Assembly (NCBI GenBank): GCA_963758295.1
Contig: CAVWUU010000001.1
Coordinates: 352,001 to 416,000 of the forward strand
From: Candidatus Eremiobacteria bacterium
GTDB taxonomy: Bacteria > Vulcanimicrobiota > Vulcanimicrobiia > Vulcanimicrobiales > Vulcanimicrobiaceae
Reading direction: 5' to 3'
Length of the DNA: 64,000 nt
Part shown: one piece after another, positions 18,951-27,500 of the stretch
How the letters are laid out: the number at the start of each line of letters is the position of its first letter
How positions within the stretch are numbered: position 1 is the first letter of the stretch
Notes under the pieces: model-generated
What the model was told of the DNA's origin: nothing
The model's database searches: none
The model's input: the letters and a program-made list of their open reading frames with translations, nothing else
Program-made: the position numbers and the translations under genes

Positions 18951-19138
18951 TGGTCCGGGACCCGCGTATTATAGTCGAGAAACTCGCTCTGCGACTGATT
19001 GTACGTGGTATTGCCGGCGCTCGAAATAGCGAGCAGTACGGCTACGCATCCGAGGGCCAGCAATGAAAAGATGAGCCCGTATTCAACGAGCGTCACGCCG
19101 GAATCGTCACCGGCGAGGTGACGAAGCCGCGCGATCAT
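18947..19138 (-). CDS. flp: Flp family type IVb (minor) pilin
   Basis: DDSGVTLVEYGL followed by a hydrophobic helix. Confidence 0.88.
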   Translation of the reverse strand: MIARLRHLAGDDSGVTLVEYGLIFSLLALGCVAVLLAISSAGNTTYNQSQSEFLDYNTRVPDQ

Positions 19139-20598
19139 TGATTGATGATTTCCGGCGTCATCACGAAGACGACGTCGGTCTTGGACTCTTGATAGTCCGT
19201 CGACTGGAAGAGCTTGCCTAAGATCGGAATATCGGCAAGACCCGGAATCTTGGTGATCGTTTTTTGATCGACGTGACGCAGCAGGCCGCCCATGACGATG
19301 CTTTGGCCCGGCGTCGTGATCACGTCGGTCGTGATCGTGCTTTCTTTGAGAGCCGGTAGCACGAAGCCGTTAAGCCGCACGGCATTTTCGTAATCAAGGT
19401 CCGTAATATCCGGATTAATCTTTGTTTCGATAGAGCCGTTCGGCAACACATCCGGCGTGACGTTCAATTGCACGCCGTAGTTCTTGAAGTCCACCGTTAC
19501 TTGGCCAAGCCCCGTCGAATAGACGTATGGGATTTCGCCGCCGACGAGAAATTTTGCGGCGGCACCGGGCAGCGCGACGAGGTTCGGCTCGGAGAGAATC
19601 CGGGCGTGCCCGTTCTGTACGAGCAGATTGATTGTGGGGGCCAGCGCCGTCGAGCGGAAAAACGGGCCGACGTTGAGCGCCTTGCCGAGCGCCGCCGATT
19701 GCGGACCTTCGATGATCGGGAAGCTGGGCGTCGTCAAAGTGTAGACGCCGGGCTGCGTTGGGTCCGGCACGGCCGACTGCAACTGCACGCCAAGATTCGA
19801 TAGCGCGGTGCGGTCCACTTCGAGCACGTAGACCTTCACGTCGATTTGAGTCGCGTACTGATAGGTCAAACGGTCTATCACTTTGCCGTCTGCTGCCAGG
19901 TACGGACCGGCCACCGACTGGGCGCGATTGAGAACTTTGCGGCCCTCGATCTTGTCGCGCACGTTGCCGCTGACGATGACGTTGCCTTTGCCGTCGGGCT
20001 CGATGGACAGATCGCTGATCGTCTTGCTCGACGCAAACTCGTGCTGAAGCGTGTCGAGTGAGTGCGCCACGGTTACGGCATTGACCACGGTGTACTTCTC
20101 GAGCTTCTCCATCTCGTCGAAGCGGGAGACGATGTCGCCGACGCGGGCGAAGCGCGCCATATCGGGGACCGTGCCTTTGAGCACAATGGCATGATCGAAG
20201 CTCACCACGGAGATGCCGGGATCGTCGATCGCGGTGCGAAGCATGCTCGCGAGATCGTTCATGGTTTGGTTGGAGACGTCGACGATGTAGGTCGCGCGCG
20301 TTCCGTTTTCCAACCACACGAACACCGACGTTTCGCCGGCTGCGCGGCCGTTTACAAGGAGCTGCGAGGTTCCGATCGGCATGACGCCGGCAATCTTGCC
20401 GTCGCCGACCGAGACGCGCCGCAGGCCTGGAGTCTTTATGACTATCGAGTGGCCACTCTCGAGCGCAAGGTGAGGGACGGCCTGTTCTTCGGCCGGAGCG
20501 GCGAACGGCTGCAGCGCGAGCGTTAAAAGCAACGCGCGCGCGAAGACCGGCTTCATCCATGATTGCAACTTCATGCCCGGTAAGTATGCCACGTTCAC
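19135..20598 (-). CDS. cpaC: Tad secretin RcpA/CpaC with N-terminal pilus-formation and BON-like domains (start may be 20574)
   Basis: ARILSEPNL, FLVGGEIP, YGVQLNVTP, KIPGLADIPILGKLF, VFVMTPEII. Confidence 0.93.
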   Translation of the reverse strand: MNVAYLPGMKLQSWMKPVFARALLLTLALQPFAAPAEEQAVPHLALESGHSIVIKTPGLRRVSVGDGKIAGVMPIGTSQLLVNGRAAGETSVFVWLENGTRATYIVDVSNQTMNDLASMLRTAIDDPGISVVSFDHAIVLKGTVPDMARFARVGDIVSRFDEMEKLEKYTVVNAVTVAHSLDTLQHEFASSKTISDLSIEPDGKGNVIVSGNVRDKIEGRKVLNRAQSVAGPYLAADGKVIDRLTYQYATQIDVKVYVLEVDRTALSNLGVQLQSAVPDPTQPGVYTLTTPSFPIIEGPQSAALGKALNVGPFFRSTALAPTINLLVQNGHARILSEPNLVALPGAAAKFLVGGEIPYVYSTGLGQVTVDFKNYGVQLNVTPDVLPNGSIETKINPDITDLDYENAVRLNGFVLPALKESTITTDVITTPGQSIVMGGLLRHVDQKTITKIPGLADIPILGKLFQSTDYQESKTDVVFVMTPEIINQ

Positions 20599-20653
20599 AA
20601 CTTGTTAACGCGTCAACGCGTGGGCAACGTCTGTAAAGATTGCCGGCTCGCCA

Positions 20654-20682
20654 TTTCAAGAACGTTTGCGTTCCCGTATGAT
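20654..20682 (+). promoter_or_regulatory. Possible sigma70-type promoter for the rightward tad operon
   Basis: TTTCAA-N17-TATGAT, 25 nt before ATG 20708. Confidence 0.35.
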
Positions 20683-20707
20683 TTTCGCACTTACGAAGGG
20701 AGTCCTC

Positions 20708-21112
20708 ATGATCGTTACGGCGCTGTTTTCAGCGATCGTCGCGGCGGCTTCTCAAGCGGCACCGCCTGCGGAGTCCGTTCAGCCGGTGTCGATCGTTGCG
20801 AAGCAACACGACGGTATGGAAGCCGTCGACGTAACGGGTAAAGCCCCCGCGGGCTCGCTCGTTACGGTCGTAGAGTCCGCGAAAATGTCGGTCGATCTTC
20901 CAATCGTCGTGCTTCGGCGAGTGGAAGCTATCGCGTCTTCCTCGGGCGATTTCGTCATGCAAATTCCCATCGCTCCGGTTTTCACCCGAGGAGCGGAGCT
21001 TCGTTTTACCGCGAGTGCGCCGGGGGCGCAACCGGCGGCGGTCCGATTCATAATCGGCCGGCCGACGTCGGAACCGATCGTCAACAGCATGGACGATCTC
21101 AACGTCCAGTAG
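20708..21112 (+). CDS. Small secreted beta-rich hypothetical protein
   Basis: GGGAG SD; signal-like MIVTALFSAIVAAASQA; alternating beta-strand pattern. Confidence 0.65.
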   Translation: MIVTALFSAIVAAASQAAPPAESVQPVSIVAKQHDGMEAVDVTGKAPAGSLVTVVESAKMSVDLPIVVLRRVEAIASSSGDFVMQIPIAPVFTRGAELRFTASAPGAQPAAVRFIIGRPTSEPIVNSMDDLNVQ

Positions 21113-21143
21113 ATCTTCACTTACTCGAGAGGATGCAACAGCA

Positions 21144-21302
21144 ATGAACGCTCTGAAACAACTCATCAAGGACGACAGCGGTGCGACGCTCGTCGAGTAC
21201 GGTCTCGTCATCGCCCTTATCGCCGTCGTTTGCGTCGGCGTGGTAGCCGCGCTCGGCAAAAACCTGAAGGCGATGTTCACGGGCATCGGCACCGACATTT
21301 AA
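21144..21302 (+). CDS. flp: Flp/Fap major pilin, 52 aa (missing from the ORF track)
   Basis: Hand translation MNALKQLIKDDSGATLVEYGLVIALIAVVCVGVVAALGKNLKAMFTGIGTDI; GAGAGGA SD. Confidence 0.95.
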   Translation: MNALKQLIKDDSGATLVEYGLVIALIAVVCVGVVAALGKNLKAMFTGIGTDI

Positions 21303-21314
21303 GCAACAAGGTAA

Positions 21315-21356
21315 CGGTGCGACATCGCCAAAGCGTTGTCGCACCGGCGATTTTTG
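21315..21356 (+). terminator. Stem-loop after the major pilin (partial terminator or mRNA stabiliser)
   Basis: CGGTGCGACA...TGTCGCACCG 10-bp perfect stem, followed by GCGATTTTTG. Confidence 0.6.
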
Positions 21357-21890
21357 ATATTGCAGACGCTTCCATGGGCTGCCGGCCTGCTCGCGTGCGC
21401 CATCGCTGCCTGGACCGACGTTAAAACGCGCCGCGTTCCAAACTGGCTGACCATTCCGCTTGCCGCTTCGGCGCCTTTTTTAATGGCGGTGAACGGTTGG
21501 CACGCTTTCACGGTTGCATGGTTGGTTTTCGCCGGTGCGCTTGTCGCGGGAATGATGTTACACGGTGCCGGCATGTTCGGAGGCGGTGACGTGAAGCTGC
21601 TCGTGGGTATCGCCATTCTGGCCGGCGTCCCCGGCTGCTTTGAATTCGCCTTGTACACGGCGCTTGCCGGCGGCATCATCGCGCTGGTGGTGCTTCTCGT
21701 GAAACGGCAGACCCGGTTGGCCGGCTACGTCTTTACGCGTTTTACTTATTCGATAACGACCGGCGCACTTGGCACGGCCATAGCTGCTGAATCCGACGAA
21801 CGAATGCCGTATGCCCTCGCTATTTTTGCGGGATTTTTAACCGTCACGCTGGCGCATAGCGCCGTGCCGCTTCTGAGGATTATCCGGTGA
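21336..21890 (+). CDS. cpaA: Prepilin peptidase CpaA/TadV, family A24 (start may be 21360)
   Basis: WTDVKTRRVPNW, FGGGDVKL, MPYALAI. Confidence 0.92.
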   Translation: MSHRRFLILQTLPWAAGLLACAIAAWTDVKTRRVPNWLTIPLAASAPFLMAVNGWHAFTVAWLVFAGALVAGMMLHGAGMFGGGDVKLLVGIAILAGVPGCFEFALYTALAGGIIALVVLLVKRQTRLAGYVFTRFTYSITTGALGTAIAAESDERMPYALAIFAGFLTVTLAHSAVPLLRIIR

Positions 21891-22759
21891 ACAGACGGAC
21901 GACATTGCTTACCGCGGCTGGAGTGCTTGCGGCCGGCGCAGGACTGCTGACCTTCAACTACATCCAGAACGCGACTAAGTCGGCGGAAACCGCGCCGCCT
22001 CGAACGGTACTGGTTGCCGCGCACGAGATCCCGGCGCACACTGCGCTTACCGCAGACATGGTTCGGGTCGTTTCACGTCCGTCCGACATGGTGGATCCCG
22101 ATGCGCTCGGATCGCTTTCGGACGCGAGCGGCGAAACCGCGCAAGTAGCGATTCCGGCCGGCGCCACTATCACGAGCGCTACCGTCTCGCGAGCGGATCT
22201 CGGGCCTGTCGCCGTGCGAATCGAGCCCGGCAAACGCGCCGTGAGCATCCCGGTTGACGACGTAAAAGATGTGTCGGGGCTCGTCCAAGTCGGCGATCGG
22301 GTCGACGTAATTGCGGTGCCGCCGCGCACCGGCGATGCAACGCCCACGGCGTCAACGATCCTTCGCGACATTCGCGTGCTCGCTGTCGGTGGTATCGCCC
22401 GCGTTCCGCAACCGGTTGCAACCGCAGGATCGGATCCCAATGCGCCGGCTACACCATTGCCCGAAGTACGCACGGTCACGCTGGAAGTCTCGCCGTCGCA
22501 GAGCGATCTGCTCGCGCTCGCCGACTTGAACGCGACGTTGCGCTTAGCGTTGCGTGCGCCGCACGACCGGCTCGAGGTACCGACGGAACCCTTATCATTT
22601 CCCGCAGCGGCTCTAGCTGCAGCCCCCGCAGCGGCGCCCCCGCGCGCTGCGGTCGATCCGCCGGCTCCTCGCAGAGAGCGCCCCAGCTCGGGCGTGATTG
22701 TGATTGACGACGCGCGGCTCGCGGGTTCGGATGCATCGCAAGACGGCGGCCAACGCTAA
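21887..22759 (+). CDS. cpaB: Flp pilus assembly protein CpaB/RcpC (SAF domain)
   Basis: VLVAAHEIPA, PGKRAVSIPV, GDRVDVI, VTLEVSP, LRLALR. Confidence 0.93.
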   Translation: MNRRTTLLTAAGVLAAGAGLLTFNYIQNATKSAETAPPRTVLVAAHEIPAHTALTADMVRVVSRPSDMVDPDALGSLSDASGETAQVAIPAGATITSATVSRADLGPVAVRIEPGKRAVSIPVDDVKDVSGLVQVGDRVDVIAVPPRTGDATPTASTILRDIRVLAVGGIARVPQPVATAGSDPNAPATPLPEVRTVTLEVSPSQSDLLALADLNATLRLALRAPHDRLEVPTEPLSFPAAALAAAPAAAPPRAAVDPPAPRRERPSSGVIVIDDARLAGSDASQDGGQR

Positions 22760-24831
22760 TGCCCGACGTCATTTTTATCGTCGGTGGCAAGGGCGGTGTC
22801 GGAGCCACGCACTTAGCGGTGGAAACGGCGAAGCACTTCGCGCAAACGCGTTCTACGCTGCTCGTAGACGGCGACTTAGCCGGGCGCAGAAGCGTCGCTA
22901 TCCTGTTCAATTCGATCGCCCGGCTCGACGAACGCCGCATCAGTGAAGAGTTCGCTTTGGTCGATCTTGCGCCGCAACTCTCGCTCTTTGAGTTAGCCGG
23001 CAGCATTCACGGCGGATTTACCGTGAAATCGGATGACGTCGAAGGGCTCTATAAACGCGTCGCTCCCCACGTCGAAATGGTCATTGTCGACGCTTCGCAG
23101 CCCTTTGCGGCCGCAGTTCGGCCTTTCGCCGTTCGCTCGTCCAACTTCATCGTTGTCGTCGAGCCGTCGATGCTCGGGGTAACGGGCGCCCGAGTGATGC
23201 AGCACGAACTTTCGAAGTTCGGCGTGCCGCCCAGCCGTTTGAATGCGGTAGTTCTGGTGCGCGAGCCTCGCCCGAAACTCGCGACCGCGGAAATAGAACG
23301 CGCGCTTGGGATGCCGATTCTTGGAGAAATCCCGGTTCTGGACGACAAGCGCCGGGAACGTGCCGTGCTCGGATTCGTGAACAACGTTCATGCGTCGCTC
23401 GTGCGCAGCGACGAGTTGCTGACGCTTCAGCCGTCGACGTCCACGCCGCTCGGCGAACGGCGTCTCGGGAAACGCGGTGCAATCGAGGAGCCGGCTAACG
23501 CGCTGCAGAGCGATCAGCGCCAAAAAGCCGTGTCGTTGGAGCGAGACGCGCGCGAGACGGTGAAGGCCGAGGTGCATCGCGAAATCTCACGCCGCATCGA
23601 CGTTGCCGCGTTGACCGGAGGCGACCATCTCAAAATCGAGGAGCTGAAGGCCGAGATCGAGGGGACCATCGCCGATCTCGTCGGCACCCGAACCGATATC
23701 GGCTCGGCAGAAGAGATTGCGCGCTTACGGCGTGAGATCATCGACGAGGTGCTCGGGTACGGGCCGCTCGAGGAATTGATGGCCGACGACAGCGTGTCTG
23801 AAATCATGGTGAACGGTCCGGACACCATTTACGTGGAGCGCCGCGGCGTGCTCGAGCGAACGAAACGGCGCTTCAACGACTCCAAGCAGCTGCGGCTGAT
23901 CATCGAGCGAATCATTACGCCGCTTGGCCGTCACATCGACGAGGCCTCGCCGATGGTCGACGCGCGTTTACCGGACGGCTCCCGTGTCAACGCAACGGTT
24001 GAGCCCTTGAGTCTAGACGGACCGACATTAACGATTCGCCGTTTCGCCAAGGAGCGGATGAACGCAAGCGACCTCATCGGCAAAGGATCGATGACGCCGG
24101 CGATGGCCGATCTCTTGCGTGCTGCAGTAGAAGCGCGCCTGAACATCGTCATTAGCGGCGGAACGGGCTCCGGTAAAACGACGCTTTTGAACGTCATTTC
24201 GAATTACATTCCCGACGGCGAACGTATTGTGACGATTGAAGACGCGGCCGAACTGCAAATCAATCGCGAACACGTCGTTCGGCTGGAGGCGCGCCCGGCA
24301 AATGCCGAAGGCCACGGCGAAATTCGCATTCGCGATCTCGTTAAGAATTCGCTACGCATGCGGCCGGACCGCATCGTCGTCGGCGAGTGCCGCGGCGGTG
24401 AAGCGCTGGACATGCTTCAGGCGATGAATACGGGGCATGACGGATCGCTCACGACGATTCATGCCAATACGCCTCGCGACTGTCTCTCGCGCATCGAAAC
24501 GATGGTTATGATGGCGGGCTACGATCTGCCTATTCGCGCCATTCGCGAGCAGGTGAGCGGTGCCGTCGATTTGGTCGTTCAGACGGCACGAATGCGCGAC
24601 GGCTCTCGCAAGATCGTGAGCATCAGTGAAGTCGTCGGCATGGAGAGCGACGTCGTAACCACCCAGGAACTCGTGCGCTTCGATCAGCGCGGCCTTGGCA
24701 AAGACGGGGCCGTCGCGGGCGCGTTCGTGTACACCGGCGTTCAGCCGATGTTCCTTCCACGCCTTGAAGAGTACGGCATTACTTTCGAAGTGGAGCGGCT
24801 CTCCGAAATGCAACTCGCGGTCGCCTGGTGA
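22759..24831 (+). CDS. cpaF: Fused CpaE/TadZ-like MinD domain and CpaF/TadA assembly ATPase
   Basis: N-terminal GGKGGVGAT deviant P-loop; C-terminal GGTGSGKT, RMRPDRIVVGE and GHDGSLTTIH. Confidence 0.92.
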   Translation: MPDVIFIVGGKGGVGATHLAVETAKHFAQTRSTLLVDGDLAGRRSVAILFNSIARLDERRISEEFALVDLAPQLSLFELAGSIHGGFTVKSDDVEGLYKRVAPHVEMVIVDASQPFAAAVRPFAVRSSNFIVVVEPSMLGVTGARVMQHELSKFGVPPSRLNAVVLVREPRPKLATAEIERALGMPILGEIPVLDDKRRERAVLGFVNNVHASLVRSDELLTLQPSTSTPLGERRLGKRGAIEEPANALQSDQRQKAVSLERDARETVKAEVHREISRRIDVAALTGGDHLKIEELKAEIEGTIADLVGTRTDIGSAEEIARLRREIIDEVLGYGPLEELMADDSVSEIMVNGPDTIYVERRGVLERTKRRFNDSKQLRLIIERIITPLGRHIDEASPMVDARLPDGSRVNATVEPLSLDGPTLTIRRFAKERMNASDLIGKGSMTPAMADLLRAAVEARLNIVISGGTGSGKTTLLNVISNYIPDGERIVTIEDAAELQINREHVVRLEARPANAEGHGEIRIRDLVKNSLRMRPDRIVVGECRGGEALDMLQAMNTGHDGSLTTIHANTPRDCLSRIETMVMMAGYDLPIRAIREQVSGAVDLVVQTARMRDGSRKIVSISEVVGMESDVVTTQELVRFDQRGLGKDGAVAGAFVYTGVQPMFLPRLEEYGITFEVERLSEMQLAVAW

Positions 24832-25691
24832 TGACGGGAACGGCACCGCTTCTGGTCTTTCTTGGCGTCGCCGGCGCGGTTGCGCTGGCGTTCGTCGCGT
24901 TCTGGGACCGGCTGCTCCAATCGCTTTCGCGAATCACCACGCCGTACCAACGGGTACTCGAGCGCGGCGGCATCCCGATCAAAGCCGAAGAATTGACTAT
25001 CGGCATCGTCCTTTCGTCCGTGGCGCTTTGGGGTTTCCTAATCGTGTTCCTCAAGCCCGGTCCGTTGCTGGGAGTCGTTTACCTAGCGGTTTGCTTCGGG
25101 ATCTCGGTGCTTGGCGCGCGGACGTATGTAAATCGCCGCGTTAAAAAACGCATGGCGGCGTTCAACGACCAACTCGAGATGGTTCTGCGACTGATCTCGA
25201 GCGCGCTCAAAGTTGGCCTCGGCCTTCGGCAAGCGCTCGTGACCGTCGTTTCGGATATGGCCGATCCGGCTCGCGTCGAATTTTCGCGCGTACTCACGCA
25301 AACGCAAATCGGCGTGAGCATCTTCGATGCGCTCGACCAGTTGGCGGAGCGCATGCCGTCGGCTGAAACGCAAATGCTTACGCGAGCCATTCGGTTGCAG
25401 GGTCAAACGGGCGGCAACTTGACGCGCGTCTTGGAGAACCTCGCAGAAACCATCAAACAGCGGCGGCGCCTCAAGCGAAAGATCAAGGCCATCACTTCGG
25501 AATCCGTCGGCACGAAATACATCATCACCGCGCTGCCGGTTTTTGTTGGCACCTTTATCCTAATATTCGAGCCGGACATGCGCTCCGGCCTCATCGGTAC
25601 GTTGCTCGGGCGGATTTGCTTGGGAACGGTCCTGGTCTTGCTGAGCATCGGCTGGGTAGCGTTCGATAAACTTTCGGTAGTGGATTCATAA
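24828..25691 (+). CDS. tadB: Tad inner-membrane platform protein TadB (T2SSF domain)
   Basis: FNDQL...LKVGLGLRQAL, QTGGNLTRVLENLAETIKQR. Confidence 0.9.
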   Translation: MMTGTAPLLVFLGVAGAVALAFVAFWDRLLQSLSRITTPYQRVLERGGIPIKAEELTIGIVLSSVALWGFLIVFLKPGPLLGVVYLAVCFGISVLGARTYVNRRVKKRMAAFNDQLEMVLRLISSALKVGLGLRQALVTVVSDMADPARVEFSRVLTQTQIGVSIFDALDQLAERMPSAETQMLTRAIRLQGQTGGNLTRVLENLAETIKQRRRLKRKIKAITSESVGTKYIITALPVFVGTFILIFEPDMRSGLIGTLLGRICLGTVLVLLSIGWVAFDKLSVVDS

Positions 25692-26534
25692 ATGGGCATA
25701 GCGCTCGGCGTTGCCGTTCTCGTTTTGGGTATCGTCGTGCTTTTGATCGTTGCACTGACGGGAAGCGATTCCGGCGTGGGTGAACGATTGGCGGCGCTTG
25801 ATGCTTCGATCGGGACGGAGCATGCCCAGTCGTCGATTCTTCAACGCATGTTGGACGACAGCCAACGGCAGAAGCTAACGAGCCAGTTCTTAGAGGCCGG
25901 ATGGCACACGGCGACGCCGCAAAAATTCACCGTGCAATGCGTGCTTCAAGGCGCCGCCGGCGCCGGGCTTGGAGTGTTGGCCGGCCTCGTACTTCACTTG
26001 CAATTACCGCTGCTCGGATCGCTAACGGGAATTCTCGCATTCTTCGGCGGTTACCGGCCGTATGCGGCATTGGCCGCGACCGTCGTGAAACGCAAGCGCG
26101 AAGTGCATCGTGCGTTGCCTGATTTCCTTGATATGCTTTCGACGACCATCGAAGCGGGCGTCGCATTGAATAACGCGATTGCGATATCGCTCGACGCCAT
26201 CGACGGACCGTTGCACGAAGAACTGGCTATGGCCATGCACGACGTTCGCTTGGGGCGTTCGCGCGCGGACGCGCTGGTAGCAATGGCGCAACGAGTCCGG
26301 GAAACCGACCTTTCTACCGTCGTGACCGCTATCGTGCAGTCGGAACGTTTAGGCGGCAGTATCGCCCAAGTTTTACGCAACCTCTCGACCGAGTCGCGTG
26401 AGGCCCGAATCATTCATGCCGAAGAAGTTGCGGCTCAGCTTCCGAACAAGCTGGTTTTCCCGATGGCCTTATGCATGTTGCCGGCGTTGCTGATCATGAT
26501 TTTCGGCGGCGTGCTTTCCCAGTTCGTTAAATGA
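25692..26534 (+). CDS. tadC: Tad inner-membrane platform protein TadC
   Basis: LPDFLDML, EAGVAL, QSERLGGSI, AEEVAAQLPNKLVFPM. Confidence 0.92.
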   Translation: MGIALGVAVLVLGIVVLLIVALTGSDSGVGERLAALDASIGTEHAQSSILQRMLDDSQRQKLTSQFLEAGWHTATPQKFTVQCVLQGAAGAGLGVLAGLVLHLQLPLLGSLTGILAFFGGYRPYAALAATVVKRKREVHRALPDFLDMLSTTIEAGVALNNAIAISLDAIDGPLHEELAMAMHDVRLGRSRADALVAMAQRVRETDLSTVVTAIVQSERLGGSIAQVLRNLSTESREARIIHAEEVAAQLPNKLVFPMALCMLPALLIMIFGGVLSQFVK

Positions 26535-27148
26535 GCACCCTATTTATTGTCGCCGCTGCGGCGTTTTTCTGCGGGTGCGCGGCGGCATGCGGGATCATTG
26601 TTTCGACGCTGTTGTGCGCGAGGATCGAGGCGTTTGAAGACGGTCCGGTCCCGCGCTCGCTTCACCCGGCGATTCCAATCGCCACCGTGTCGGTGCTTGG
26701 CGCGCTCATTGCGCTCCGCGGAGCGACCCCCGCGCAGCTCGGGATCGTAGCGCTCATTGCTCTTCCCCTTGCCGGTATTTGGTATGCCGATTCGCGAAAG
26801 GGCATCGTCCCGGACGCCTTCACCCTTGTTCCGCTTGGCGTTATTGCGGTCGTCGTAGTTTTGCGGCATTCGTGGTTCGTCGGCATTTCGGCGCTAGTGG
26901 TTTTCGTGGTTTTTGCGGCAGGCGCAGCGCTTTCGAAAGGCCGGGGAATGGGATGGGGCGACGCGAAACTAGCCGCGCTCGTGGGGGCGGTCCTGGGCTT
27001 ACAGGGATCGCTTCTCACCTTAGCCCTCGCATGTTTCGCTGCAACGATCGTTTCGGTGGTGCGTGATCGCGGGACGCGCCCGATTGCGTTCGGGCCATAC
27101 ATCGTCGTGGCCACCCTGCTAGCAATCGTTACGACGATTCATGGGTGA
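26531..27148 (+). CDS. Second A24 prepilin peptidase (PilD C-terminal-like)
   Basis: YADSRKGIVPD, GMGWGDAKL, IAFGPYI. Confidence 0.88.
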   Translation: MSTLFIVAAAAFFCGCAAACGIIVSTLLCARIEAFEDGPVPRSLHPAIPIATVSVLGALIALRGATPAQLGIVALIALPLAGIWYADSRKGIVPDAFTLVPLGVIAVVVVLRHSWFVGISALVVFVVFAAGAALSKGRGMGWGDAKLAALVGAVLGLQGSLLTLALACFAATIVSVVRDRGTRPIAFGPYIVVATLLAIVTTIHG

Positions 27149-27500
27149 AGGGCTCGTCCTGCTCCGCAACGGTAAACGAACGATGCTGGATTTCTTTATC
27201 GAGCGTCCGCGTGGTGCTCTGGGTCGGTGCCTTGGACTGATGGGTCGCGCGCCGCTTGCGGAAAATGAGGGGATGTGGCTTACGCGCACGTCGGCGATTC
27301 ACACGCTCGCGATGCGCGGATCTATCGACGTGGTGTTTCTTGGCGCAAACGGTCGCATTCTGCGCGCCGTTCCCAACGTCGCGCCAAACCGTCTTTATGT
27401 GGGGATGCTCGGCGCATCGGGCGTCCTGGAACTCGCGGCAGGAACCGTCGAACGTCTTGGCCTTGGCGCCGGAGACGCGCTTTTCTTAGAGCCGCACTAA
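27141..27500 (+). CDS. DUF192 (UPF0127) family protein
   Basis: GLMGR, EGMW, IHTLAM, IDVVFL, VLELAAG. Confidence 0.88.
   Translation: MGEGLVLLRNGKRTMLDFFIERPRGALGRCLGLMGRAPLAENEGMWLTRTSAIHTLAMRGSIDVVFLGANGRILRAVPNVAPNRLYVGMLGASGVLELAAGTVERLGLGAGDALFLEPH

Noticed and set aside
20620..20650. GGCAA-CG-TCT-GTAA-AGA-TTGCC hairpin between the tad operons as a c-di-GMP-I riboswitch
   Set aside because: Lacks the GGCAAAC...GAAA...GGACGCAAAGC core and the second stem
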